Virus record (IMG/VR): IMGVR_UViG_3300017766_000457
Coordinates: 1 to 36,177 of that record
Reading direction: 5' to 3' (one strand)
Origin: a virus
Taxonomy: Duplodnaviria; Caudoviricetes
Length of the DNA stretch: 36,177 bases
Shown here: positions 25,445 to 34,741 of the stretch, one piece after another
Layout: each line of letters opens with the position of its first letter
Position numbering within the stretch: position 1 is the stretch's first letter
The notes under the pieces: generated by a model
The model's input: only the letters and a program-made list of their open reading frames with translations
Database searches by the model: none
Told to the model about the DNA's origin: nothing
Position numbers and translations under genes: made by a program

Positions 25445-25846
25445 TTACACCTCGCAAATCCATTGTCTAGGACGGAAACCGAGTTGTTTCGCCCTACGTT
25501 GCCAGCCAACACGATGGCTAGAAAAAGTTAAATATTTGACATTACCTTGACGGCAGATGTCTTTTATGTATTTTAATCCAGATTCAACAATTTGATAATT
25601 ATTTTCTAACGTCCAAGCAGCCCATAGGTGCATAGTTTCGCCCATAGGTTGTAGGATAAAGAAACCTACAAAATGATTATTTTCTAAAGCTACCCACAGC
25701 ATTGCCTTTTGGTTAAAGCAATCTGTGTATACATCTTCAGGTATCCAATTTTCTGGACTAAGTGTCTTAATTTTGTCCAAACCAGTGCGAATACTAGGCC
25801 ACCAGTTTCTTAGTTGGTCTACAGGTATGTATCTAAATTCTGTCAT
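25445..25846 (-). CDS. GNAT-fold-like morphogenesis protein
   Basis: LW....HFVGFFIL...MHLWAAW...RVGWQRRAKQLGF; position after the nozzle genes. Confidence 0.5.
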   Translation of the reverse strand: MTEFRYIPVDQLRNWWPSIRTGLDKIKTLSPENWIPEDVYTDCFNQKAMLWVALENNHFVGFFILQPMGETMHLWAAWTLENNYQIVESGLKYIKDICRQGNVKYLTFSSHRVGWQRRAKQLGFRPRQWICEV

Positions 25847-26631
25847 CCGACGATTATATAACCGTATGTCTTATCCGCAGTGTTATTAGCCCAATGACTT
25901 ATCGTTGCTTGGCCTTGTTGTTGGCTAGAAACATACACATTAGATGTTGCTGAAGGAGCGATATAGCTAACAGTAATAATTGCGCTAGGAATTGAAGGTC
26001 TATCTGGGCTTGAGCTTGTTGGATATTGCTCTAATGAAACACCAGTATCAGTTGTTCTCCACATAACCTCAACGTAATCACCAGTGTTCATTTCCAAAAA
26101 GTAATTCATTGCAGCAACTAAGTGAGATGGATCGCCAGTGCTTTTTCTAGCTACCATGTGAAACCGGCTATTTGAGCCAGTAACATTAGTCCCATTCTTC
26201 TTAAACCAAATATCTACGTCCTGACCGTCATTCGTCGTATTCTTGTATTGCAATGAAAACTGGATGTTATATATGCCGTAATTCCTGACGTTTATTCGGG
26301 AAGTATTGGAAACATAAATACCGTTAGAGTAGTCTGTTGTATTTAATGCAATAGCATAGGCTGCTGTTGTGCTAGCAGCAGTCTGATCTGTAGAGTCCTG
26401 AAACGCTCCATAAGGCGCTGAATCAGCCTCAGCAGCATTAGATACAGGAACCAAGAATATCAGGCTGTCAAAGCCTATACGCTCATCGTAAAGCGTAGTT
26501 GTAGTGGAGTTTCCTGTAGATAACGTAATCCGACCCGTATTATTGGTCTTCCCGTCCATAATCCCACGAACAACCTCAGAAACCTGACGAGCATCTCCTC
26601 CAAATGGCGGTAATGTACGAAATTGAGTCAT
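25843..26631 (-). CDS. Tail-associated virion protein
   Basis: Beta-rich; GIYNIQFSLQ...GDYVEVMW C1q-like core. Confidence 0.6.
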   Translation of the reverse strand: MTQFRTLPPFGGDARQVSEVVRGIMDGKTNNTGRITLSTGNSTTTTLYDERIGFDSLIFLVPVSNAAEADSAPYGAFQDSTDQTAASTTAAYAIALNTTDYSNGIYVSNTSRINVRNYGIYNIQFSLQYKNTTNDGQDVDIWFKKNGTNVTGSNSRFHMVARKSTGDPSHLVAAMNYFLEMNTGDYVEVMWRTTDTGVSLEQYPTSSSPDRPSIPSAIITVSYIAPSATSNVYVSSQQQGQATISHWANNTADKTYGYIIVG

Positions 26632-28052
26632 CGATCACCCTGTTTAACAACATCAAACTCAATGCCAATAGCAGTTTTCCAGTTAGTTCCAGTAGGAGTT
26701 AGTTTTAGTCGATGATATTCACCATTAGACCGCAAGCTCACACGGTTTTCTGCGTCAGGAGTCACACTTGAGCCAAATTCCACTTGTTCAGCAAGATTAT
26801 CCCGGCTGGAAACAGCAATAGAACCACTACCACCGTCTACAATAGGCTTTGCCAAAGTAACAATAGACCTACCAATATCAATATCACCAGTTGATATTCT
26901 CGCAGTCTTAAAAGAATTACCAAATGTGATTATTCTTTGACCAGATGTACCAGCAAGCAACAAATTACCACCAGCCCATTGAGGATCATCAAGAGAAACA
27001 GCTAAAGCATCAATGCTTGCAGAGTAATTATCCAAGTCCTCAAGCGTAGTTGTCGCAGTTAATACAGAAGCAATCGATGTCGCAGTGGTTTCAATGTAAG
27101 ACCATTTGTTTAAAGGAATACTATATAAAAACAATCCAAATCCTCCGGACTGTAGCGGAGTACACCACATAGCCAACTTGCGAATAGGATCAATAGCAGA
27201 TGACATCTTTACCCGCAAATCACTTTTAGACGCAATATCAAAGAAATAGCGATTAACTTTCTCCTCACCAATATTCTTTAGGTTCTGTCCATCGCAAACA
27301 TAGAACCCATCGTCTGCAAGGAAATACGTTAGGTTGCCGTACTGAGCAATAGATCCGTTAGAAATGCAGCCCAAAGACCTAGAAATAGCGTCAAACTGGA
27401 AAAAGAACGGAGAGCCTGTATAGCTCATCCGATATATAGCACGTTCCATAAACACTAAGCCAAACTCACCACCAGCTAGGCCAGTAACATTACCTCCGTC
27501 TGGCAATACTTGGCTATCTGACTGAGATGCAGCGCCGGGAGTCCAGTCTGTCTCGTCGTTAATATCAGACCAATAGACCTTGTTTTCTTCACCATCGACA
27601 TTAGCAGCTACAACAAAATCACGCACAACCGTTACAAACTTAGCCGTAGGAGCAGCAGCAGCTAAGTCTGCAAATGCAGTGCCTACGATAAGATCATAAG
27701 ACTGGAGCTTATCAGCGCCATTAGCCGCAATCATCTTTTGACCAAACTGAGTCACATCCCAAAACTCAATGTTTGAATACCCAGTTGTTGTTAAAGCATC
27801 AAGGTCTAGATCCGATGTACTAAACTTGTAAAGATTAGAACTTGATCCAGCAAACAAGCTAATCGAGTTAGCAAACTTACCAGCGAATGTCAGCAATAAT
27901 TCTGTTCCCGCTTCATCTGATAAGTTAGCCTCTCCTTTAAACGAAGAATATCCATTAGTAACCGGATAGCAATTAGTTGCCTCTGTAACAGCTCCAATAA
28001 CTCCCGGCTGATCTGGCAACCATTCTCCGAATAGAATCTTTTGCATTGCCAT
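26628..28052 (-). CDS. Tail nozzle/packaged DNA stabilisation protein
   Basis: FGEWLPDQP N-terminus, beta-propeller-like repeats, size and synteny. Confidence 0.7.
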   Translation of the reverse strand: MAMQKILFGEWLPDQPGVIGAVTEATNCYPVTNGYSSFKGEANLSDEAGTELLLTFAGKFANSISLFAGSSSNLYKFSTSDLDLDALTTTGYSNIEFWDVTQFGQKMIAANGADKLQSYDLIVGTAFADLAAAAPTAKFVTVVRDFVVAANVDGEENKVYWSDINDETDWTPGAASQSDSQVLPDGGNVTGLAGGEFGLVFMERAIYRMSYTGSPFFFQFDAISRSLGCISNGSIAQYGNLTYFLADDGFYVCDGQNLKNIGEEKVNRYFFDIASKSDLRVKMSSAIDPIRKLAMWCTPLQSGGFGLFLYSIPLNKWSYIETTATSIASVLTATTTLEDLDNYSASIDALAVSLDDPQWAGGNLLLAGTSGQRIITFGNSFKTARISTGDIDIGRSIVTLAKPIVDGGSGSIAVSSRDNLAEQVEFGSSVTPDAENRVSLRSNGEYHRLKLTPTGTNWKTAIGIEFDVVKQGDR

Positions 28053-28060
28053 TAATTACC

Positions 28061-28255
28061 TCATTCTGTAATTACTTCTACAAATTCATCATCAATATAA
28101 AACCACCCCTCGCCGGGAGTAGGCTCAGTTTCGCTAGGCGCTGGTACTTCAACAAGAGTGTAGCCGCTTGGTGGCAAATATTCAGCAACACCATCCCATA
28201 CGATAACGTTATCCACTCTGTTTGTTTCATTGTTTACCATCGCGTAATTACTCAT
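28061..28255 (-). CDS. Small acidic fibre-associated protein
   Basis: YAMVN..NRVDNVIVWDG...GWFY. Confidence 0.65.
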   Translation of the reverse strand: MSNYAMVNNETNRVDNVIVWDGVAEYLPPSGYTLVEVPAPSETEPTPGEGWFYIDDEFVEVITE

Positions 28256-28263
28256 AATCCACC

Positions 28264-29088
28264 TTAGTACGTAGTAATAATTACTTGACCTAAACCGCCA
28301 TTAGTAGCGTTAGTATTGATCGCCGAACTTGCTCCACCACCACCACCGGGTTGTGTTCCAGCACCAGAAGCATTACCTCCAGCGCCGCCAAATATAGAAC
28401 TTCCTCCAGCAGCAACACCACGAGTACCACCGCCGCCACCATAACCACAATTGCCACCAGTATTGTTTGTAGTTGCACCACCACCACCACCGCCATAGCT
28501 ATAGCCATCGCCAGCAGCAACAGTTGAGCTTGCACCACTACTACCAGCGACTGCTGTTGTAGTGAAAACTATGCCGTTAATACCACCAGCGCCGCCCAAA
28601 TTGTTATTTGTGGCTCCTAGTCCACCACTCGCATACACAATTGATCCGCTACCTAAAGTAACAGCAGAGTTACCACCATTAGTACCGACACCAGCAGTTG
28701 CAGTTCTTCCTACGCCAGCAGCACCAACCGTAACCGTAGCAGTAGAACCCATTGACGCTATTGGAACTGTAATTTCAACATAAGCGCCGCCACCACCAGC
28801 ACCAATTTGAGTGGTTGTTGCGGATCGACTTCCACCACCACCGCCGCCCCACATTTGAATGCGAACCCAATTACCAAAACTAGGCTTAGTCCAAGTTCCA
28901 GACGAAGTAAATGGCTGCACATCTTGAGTAACGGTAACGCCACCAGAAAATGTCGAATTCTGTGACGCATCAATCGTCATTGCTATAGCACCAGAACCAG
29001 AACCTGTCTTAACGACGAATGTGCCTGTAGTATCAGGTGTTACTACAAATGCTGTTGTACCATCGGTATTTGTATTGATAGTTGTCAT
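28264..29088 (-). CDS. Glycine-rich fibre protein
   Basis: FTSSGTWTKP...WGGGGGG...GGLGQVIITTY. Confidence 0.78.
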   Translation of the reverse strand: MTTINTNTDGTTAFVVTPDTTGTFVVKTGSGSGAIAMTIDASQNSTFSGGVTVTQDVQPFTSSGTWTKPSFGNWVRIQMWGGGGGGSRSATTTQIGAGGGGAYVEITVPIASMGSTATVTVGAAGVGRTATAGVGTNGGNSAVTLGSGSIVYASGGLGATNNNLGGAGGINGIVFTTTAVAGSSGASSTVAAGDGYSYGGGGGGATTNNTGGNCGYGGGGGTRGVAAGGSSIFGGAGGNASGAGTQPGGGGGASSAINTNATNGGLGQVIITTY

Positions 29089-29097
29089 TTCTTAACC

Positions 29098-29583
29098 TTA
29101 CACAACAACGTGCCTTGCGCCAGATTCAACAGTGAATGTGACACCGCTACTTACAGAAAATGGGCCAGCAGAAATTCCGCTATATCCAGCAGGAATCGTT
29201 GTGCTTACCGTCATGCTTTGCGAGTTAATATATACAGATGCACCGCTACTTATAACGCTTGAATTCTCAACATACAAAGATTTTCCAGCAGGATAAGTTA
29301 CAAATACATCCTTGCTGTTTGAAGCAAAGTTAATTGCTGATGTAGTGCCAGAACTATTAGATAAAATGGTATCCCGCGATAACGTAGTACCGCTAGATGT
29401 GTATGTACCAATACCTACTTCCCAAGTATTAGCAGTGCTATCAACAATAGCGTAGTAGGTTGTATTGCCATTGCCAATGTCAGCAAATGACCTAAAACCA
29501 GATGCAGCACCAGCAAGCGTTAGCGTTCCTGTGCCAGCAGTGGTAGACGTTTCTTTTACTCTATCTTTGACTACAAGCGCCAT
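29098..29583 (-). CDS. Virion fibre-base protein
   Basis: LVVKDRVKETSTTAGTG...WEVGIGTY...KDVFVTYPA. Confidence 0.7.
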   Translation of the reverse strand: MALVVKDRVKETSTTAGTGTLTLAGAASGFRSFADIGNGNTTYYAIVDSTANTWEVGIGTYTSSGTTLSRDTILSNSSGTTSAINFASNSKDVFVTYPAGKSLYVENSSVISSGASVYINSQSMTVSTTIPAGYSGISAGPFSVSSGVTFTVESGARHVVV

Positions 29584-30486
29584 TTATTGCCTCACCCAGA
29601 TGTCTGATCCAGCTACTTTTTTATCCCAGTTGGTTGATGAGCTAGAAACATTTGTCCATTCATCAGAACCCGGGCTAATAGCAGTCCAATCATTTTGACC
29701 TGCAAATTGAGCATCCCAATCATTAGCAGCAGGGACAACATCAACCCATTCAGAACCAATAATTTGCCCATTAACAGCCAATAATGCAATTGCATTAACT
29801 GTAGCGTTAGCAGATAAAACAGTATTTGCAAAACAACTGACGTTAGCATCGGCATTTATTGCAGCGTTACCCTCATAGAGAACACCACCATTTGCCGTAA
29901 CTGCCACATCACAAGAAACACTTGCAATCCCTGTTCTAACTCTTATTGCGTCCGCAGAGACAGTAGCAGCAGCAGAAATTGAGCCATTTCCTAATTGTAC
30001 TCTTATTGCATTTGCGCTAACTACTGCGTTAGCCGTTATGCTTGCATTACCCTGATAAACAATACTGCCGTTTGAGGTTACTACAGCAGCACAGTTAATA
30101 CTTCCTACTGCAGATGCAACCCTTGAGCCGTTAGCTGTGACAGTTGCTGAAGAACTAATCTGAGCATTGCCACTTAGTATTTTTAAGGCATCAGCAGATA
30201 CTGTTGCAGTTGCTGATATTGAGCCAGATCCAGAAAGAATCCTATTGGCATTAGCCGTTACTGTCGCAGCAGCATTGACGCTTGCAGAGGCTAGATAAAC
30301 AATTGAGCCACTAGCCGTAACAGTTGCATTTGCCGATACAGAAGCAGACGCAAGTTTAACTATTTCCGCACTAGCACTTACTGTAGCAGTAGCATTAACA
30401 CTTGCAGAACCATATACAACAACCGCTTGCCCACTTGAGACAAGAGATGAAAATGGCGATTCTGCAAATGAACTAATGCTGAACAT
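29584..30486 (-). CDS. Ala/Ser-rich repetitive virion protein
   Basis: About ten ~21-aa SASVNATATVSA-type repeats plus W-containing 11-aa repeats at the C-terminus. Confidence 0.7.
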   Translation of the reverse strand: MFSISSFAESPFSSLVSSGQAVVVYGSASVNATATVSASAEIVKLASASVSANATVTASGSIVYLASASVNAAATVTANANRILSGSGSISATATVSADALKILSGNAQISSSATVTANGSRVASAVGSINCAAVVTSNGSIVYQGNASITANAVVSANAIRVQLGNGSISAAATVSADAIRVRTGIASVSCDVAVTANGGVLYEGNAAINADANVSCFANTVLSANATVNAIALLAVNGQIIGSEWVDVVPAANDWDAQFAGQNDWTAISPGSDEWTNVSSSSTNWDKKVAGSDIWVRQ

Positions 30487-30495
30487 TAGCTACCT

Positions 30496-30882
30496 TTAGG
30501 CCAATGTAACACTCAGATTGCCAGTTGAAATCTTGAATATATCTCCGCTAGCAATGGTTTTAGAAACATCCAGAGCAGTGTGATAAAGCAAGTTACCACC
30601 AGTAGTGTTATCCAAAATACCGATCCAACCTACGGTTCCCCATGATCCTGTAGCCTGTGGGAACTCAACCGCAGCACTATTGGTACTAACGCCATCACTG
30701 GGCGCACCAAAAGTAACAGAAGTGCGAGCATAAGAACCACCTGAAACTTCTGTACCAGAATTAGCATCGGTAGGATCTGAAGTATAAAGACCAACATAAA
30801 CAGTCGAAGGACTTGTGTAGCTGGTGTTACGGAGAGTAGCGTTAATAAGCGCATTCTCAAGATAGTTCGACATTTCTGCCAT
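30496..30882 (-). CDS. Virion structural protein
   Basis: MSNYLENALIN...YVGLYTSDP...EVSGGSYAR...GNLLY. Confidence 0.72.
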   Translation of the reverse strand: MAEMSNYLENALINATLRNTSYTSPSTVYVGLYTSDPTDANSGTEVSGGSYARTSVTFGAPSDGVSTNSAAVEFPQATGSWGTVGWIGILDNTTGGNLLYHTALDVSKTIASGDIFKISTGNLSVTLA

Positions 30883-30885
30883 GAT

Positions 30886-31506
30886 TTACCTCACGTTATA
30901 AGACATTGACATAGGTTGACCACTGTACTCACTAGACTGGTCAGCAGTAGAAATAGACGCTATAGAACGGTCATACAACGATGCCCAGACCTGCAACCTA
31001 GCATCATTCATTAGATACGGTTCAGCCTCACCTAAAGCTCCATAAAGCAACGCATCAGGAAAGTTAGCCAAGAATACATTACTAGAGTTGGTATCACTCA
31101 ATAGCGGAGGCTTGGCGTAATACAACATCTGAGCCGTGTATACAGCATCAGGAATAGGCGAGAATTGCAACTCTGAAGCTAATACCGTATAAGTTGTAGG
31201 CAAACCAGCTTGAGTAGCTCTAGTGTTAGCGTAGAAAGCGTTAGGCGCTTCGTAAGACAAAGAAGCAATAGGATTAGTGTTTAGGTGAATATCACGCATC
31301 TCTAGGAAGTCTGAAGGCAAACCTACCGTAGAGTCACCAGCAACAGTATCAGCCGTAGCAACGACCAACATCTGACGGGTTCTCAGATCACGACGAAGAC
31401 GCTCCTCAGCCAACCGGATAAAGTCAGGGATAACTGAGGTTAGATCACTACGAGCTAGGTAGTTCGCTATCGTAGTCTTTAGGTCACTGTAGCTCGTAAA
31501 TGCCAT
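30886..31506 (-). CDS. Head-tail adaptor (tail tubular A-like)
   Basis: YSDLKTTIANYLAR.DL...FIRLAE...LPSDFLE...PDALLYGAL.EA. Confidence 0.75.
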   Translation of the reverse strand: MAFTSYSDLKTTIANYLARSDLTSVIPDFIRLAEERLRRDLRTRQMLVVATADTVAGDSTVGLPSDFLEMRDIHLNTNPIASLSYEAPNAFYANTRATQAGLPTTYTVLASELQFSPIPDAVYTAQMLYYAKPPLLSDTNSSNVFLANFPDALLYGALGEAEPYLMNDARLQVWASLYDRSIASISTADQSSEYSGQPMSMSYNVR

Positions 31507-31508
31507 GT

Positions 31509-32189
31509 CTATTTCCCGTTATTATGCGCCTCTATAGCGCCATCTTCTACATCTTCCCATCGATACTCATACGTACCAATGTGACCAATATGCTTAGATA
31601 AACTATGATCTACGTAAGTCTGAATGCCAGCATCCAAGGCTTTGATGCAGAAATGCACATCCTCGCCAATGATGCCCTTAGATCCCCAACCCACATCAAA
31701 CCAAGGCTTAGGAACCTTCTCAAAGACTTCCTTACGAATCATCACCACACCAAAACCAACCGCTGTAACAGGCTCTATGCCCTCTTTATCCATCGAATCT
31801 ATCTTATGCCAAGCATGACGAATAATCTTGCCATTCTCATCCTTCTCAATCTTTAGATTCAACGCAGTCGGCAGTGTCGGCTTACGTCTTGTTACTGCAT
31901 TAACTCCAACAATCGGCACATCACGGCTTAACAAAATATCAATAGTGTCAGACGGAAACCGCATATCAGAGTCAATAAACAGAATCGCATCGCATCCTTC
32001 AGCAAGAGCAGCATCTACTAGCTTCTCTCTCTGATCGAATATCAGCGTTCCTGCCATCGTATAGAGCTTTAGCCCGTTGCCATCCTTAGAGCATCTGTGC
32101 CTTGAATCCCTGCCAACCATCTTGGCGAAATCAAAAGCAAACGATGTGTGAACCTCATCCCTAGCTGGTACGCAAGCACCTACGATCAT
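31509..32189 (-). CDS. GT-A fold glycosyltransferase-like protein in the head module
   Basis: ILFIDSDM (DxD), GFGVVMIRKEVF, GEDVHFC, IGHIG. Confidence 0.8.
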   Translation of the reverse strand: MIVGACVPARDEVHTSFAFDFAKMVGRDSRHRCSKDGNGLKLYTMAGTLIFDQREKLVDAALAEGCDAILFIDSDMRFPSDTIDILLSRDVPIVGVNAVTRRKPTLPTALNLKIEKDENGKIIRHAWHKIDSMDKEGIEPVTAVGFGVVMIRKEVFEKVPKPWFDVGWGSKGIIGEDVHFCIKALDAGIQTYVDHSLSKHIGHIGTYEYRWEDVEDGAIEAHNNGK

Positions 32190-32482
32190 ACTGTCCCCCT
32201 ATAGACTTTCCATTGTGCATTATCGGAACTATTAAGCCAACTCGCAAAAGCCGCATCATCTACTATTGCAAAGCCCTTCATTATCCCCTTCTTGTTCAAG
32301 TCATCAATGACCGTGAAAGGAATACGAGCTATATGGTGCAATTCATTAAGATTTCCGGTTCTTTGCTTGTCTGCCTCCAGAAGTTGCTTGTTACTTTCAA
32401 GTATCTCAGTAACATCCTGTTTAGTCTCGATGATAATACCGCCATCACCGTCCGAATGTACAACCTGTTGTCTATAGTCCAT
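32186..32482 (-). CDS. Conserved hypothetical protein downstream of the capsid gene
   Basis: QDVTEILE.NK...HIARIP...WLN; GAGGA RBS. Confidence 0.75.
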   Translation of the reverse strand: MDYRQQVVHSDGDGGIIIETKQDVTEILESNKQLLEADKQRTGNLNELHHIARIPFTVIDDLNKKGIMKGFAIVDDAAFASWLNSSDNAQWKVYRGTV

Positions 32483-32494
32483 AAATCCTCATAG

Positions 32495-32523
32495 AAAAGC
32501 CCCCAACCATAAGGTCAGGGGCT
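32495..32523 (-). terminator. Rho-independent terminator after the major capsid gene
   Basis: Minus strand AGCCCCTGACC-TTAT-GGTTGGGGGCT followed by TTTCT. Confidence 0.75.
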
Positions 32524-32530
32524 GTTTCAA

Positions 32531-33478
32531 TTACAGCGACATATTCAAGTCAGCAACGATACCATGTGCGGCTTCGTTCTTAACTTCAAGCGTAACTTCG
32601 ACCAGAACCTGAGTCTTGTCAGCATCGCCAGCTTTCGCCAGTTCGATAGTCTGGAAAGGACGCAGATAGGCCAGAGCAGCGTACTCAGGATCAAGCACCA
32701 GAGCATCGCGGGTACGCATGAAGCGGTTAGGAACAACCGACATATTGCCGAAGTCCGACACGTAGATGTCAGCAGCGCCAATGATTGTCGAAGGCTTTGC
32801 ACCTGTAACGTTGAAACGAGTCTCGCCGATACCAGTGAAGCTAGAAACCTTCTGCTTACCAGATGGGCCAACCATCAGAACCTTAGGCGAACCACCCGAA
32901 GTAAACACTTCAGCCACAACTTCCTTCAGCAGGGCTTCGGTAAAGGTACGGGTATTGCCGTCAGTACGAGTCGAAACACCGATAGTCGTAGGATCGCCAC
33001 CGTTAGTCTGAGCCGATGAGTTGGTCTTGATCCAAGACAACAGCGAACCCATCTTACGAGCCGACGAGTTAGACGAACCAGCCGAACGACCCTGATTCGA
33101 CAGCAGGATGGTTTCCAGATCGCGCTTGAGCTCTTGCGAAGCCTTAGCCAACTGGTAAGCCTTTTCCGACTTACGACCAGCTTTGTTCACTGCATCCAGA
33201 GTGCCAGAGACTTTGATAGTCTTTTGCAGGATCTGGGTGTAGTTACCAAGACGGGTAGTAGGTGACAGGGTTGCGTCCGAAGCGTCAGCACCTTCAACCG
33301 CAGCGTTATTGGTAGTAGCAGCAGCAAGGCTGTCGGTCTGCCACTCGTGGTAAACAGCCGTAGCTTTGGTCTTGCCAATCGAGCTCATGAATGGAGTCTC
33401 AGTAGGCGAGATGTCATAGATTACGTCGGTCAAATCTTCGCGCTGACCGATTGCGTCGTAGGCGTTATAAATTGCCAT
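32531..33478 (-). CDS. Major capsid protein (DUF5309/SU10-like)
   Basis: GQREDLTDVIYDISPTETPF...HEWQTDSL...NYTQI...YVSDFG; follows the scaffold gene; strong codon bias. Confidence 0.92.
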   Translation of the reverse strand: MAIYNAYDAIGQREDLTDVIYDISPTETPFMSSIGKTKATAVYHEWQTDSLAAATTNNAAVEGADASDATLSPTTRLGNYTQILQKTIKVSGTLDAVNKAGRKSEKAYQLAKASQELKRDLETILLSNQGRSAGSSNSSARKMGSLLSWIKTNSSAQTNGGDPTTIGVSTRTDGNTRTFTEALLKEVVAEVFTSGGSPKVLMVGPSGKQKVSSFTGIGETRFNVTGAKPSTIIGAADIYVSDFGNMSVVPNRFMRTRDALVLDPEYAALAYLRPFQTIELAKAGDADKTQVLVEVTLEVKNEAAHGIVADLNMSL

Positions 33479-33489
33479 GATTCAATTCC

Positions 33490-34467
33490 TTATAAAAAGC
33501 GTTCAAACACATTAGCTGCATCCCGAATACTTCCACTGGATTTAGCCCGTGACTTAAGTTTCCTAATTTCCTCAGTATTACTATCTTTTGGCTTAGATAC
33601 TCCCGGCTTGATAGCCTTCGGAGCCTCTGCAACCTTCTTAGTAATCCCCGGCTTTGCAGACTGTAACTTGTCGTACTGCATCGCCTTGTATAACGTCAGA
33701 ACGGCTCGTGAATCAAATACGTTAGCCAGTTCTTCATCAGAGAATCCCATTTGCTTACCGTATGTGCGAATGTCCTTACGGATTACTTCGCCCTTAGACG
33801 GATCAGCAAACTCAGGTAACACAGCAACTAGCTTCTCAGATTCAGCGGCTATCATTTGCTTCATCTGTTGTTGCCTGTCGTATTCTTGCTGCTGAGAGAT
33901 CATCTCTCGTTGAGCGCGAACCTGTGCTAACTGCTTTTCCTTCTGAGACAATTCTGCGACCTTTACGGCATAACCGATAGGATCAGTCTCTTTCAGGTAA
34001 TCCAAATTCTCTGTTTCTTGCGGCTGGTTCAACATCTGCTCGATGATCCCCAACTGCTGCGCGTATTGATCGCGCAATGCCTTGGCTTCTTGAACTGCAT
34101 GACGTTCGGCCTCAACCGCCTTGCGTTCCTCAGCTACGGCTTGCGATTTCTTGGTGTAATCCGTGCCAAGTTGATAAGACTTGATAAGCTCATCAAGGGT
34201 TACCTCTTTGTCTTCGCCAGCGGCTTTGACACGATACTTCTGAGGTTCCTCTTGCTCTTCTTCGCCATCATCTTGTTCTACCTCTGACTCGTCCGATTCC
34301 TCGTATTCATCAGATTCGGCCTCGCTTTCGTTAGCTTCTGAAGCGGATTCTGGTTGTTCCTGTTCGGAGCCATCTTCTCGATTCATCATGCTCAAGAAAG
34401 CGTTAGCTGCACCTTCTACCGTCAACTCTCCACTTCCCTCAGGAGTCGTGTTTGGAGTATCGCTCAT
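33490..34467 (-). CDS. Capsid scaffolding protein
   Basis: Acidic N-terminus, EVTLDEL..Y...DYTKKSQ, coiled coil, basic C-terminus. Confidence 0.85.
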   Translation of the reverse strand: MSDTPNTTPEGSGELTVEGAANAFLSMMNREDGSEQEQPESASEANESEAESDEYEESDESEVEQDDGEEEQEEPQKYRVKAAGEDKEVTLDELIKSYQLGTDYTKKSQAVAEERKAVEAERHAVQEAKALRDQYAQQLGIIEQMLNQPQETENLDYLKETDPIGYAVKVAELSQKEKQLAQVRAQREMISQQQEYDRQQQMKQMIAAESEKLVAVLPEFADPSKGEVIRKDIRTYGKQMGFSDEELANVFDSRAVLTLYKAMQYDKLQSAKPGITKKVAEAPKAIKPGVSKPKDSNTEEIRKLKSRAKSSGSIRDAANVFERFL

Positions 34468-34510
34468 GTGTGTTGTTTCCTAAATTATATCGGGAACCGC
34501 CCGATTCGGG

Positions 34511-34741
34511 TTACAAAATCTTAATCCTTTTTTCGTCAATCATCTTCTGAGCAGCAACACTCTCAAGATGAGATTCAATTGATTCTAGTACCATAAGACG
34601 CATATAAGCCTCCTCACGAAGCTCTAACTCACCATAGGTACTATTTATAATTTTGTTAAGCTCATTGCCTCGGAGATCTTCCATCATCTCCTGAAACATT
34701 GGTTCTCTAAGCAAGTTAGAAGCCCACTGTGCTTTATCCAC
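34511..34741 (-). CDS. Conserved small protein between portal and scaffold
   Basis: Overlaps the portal stop; helical. Confidence 0.75.
   Translation of the reverse strand: MDKAQWASNLLREPMFQEMMEDLRGNELNKIINSTYGELELREEAYMRLMVLESIESHLESVAAQKMIDEKRIKIL

Noticed and set aside
32564-33895. Long plus-strand ORFs opposite capsid and scaffold genes (and similar shadow ORFs elsewhere)
   Set aside because: Antisense shadows of codon-biased genes; no RBS or motifs
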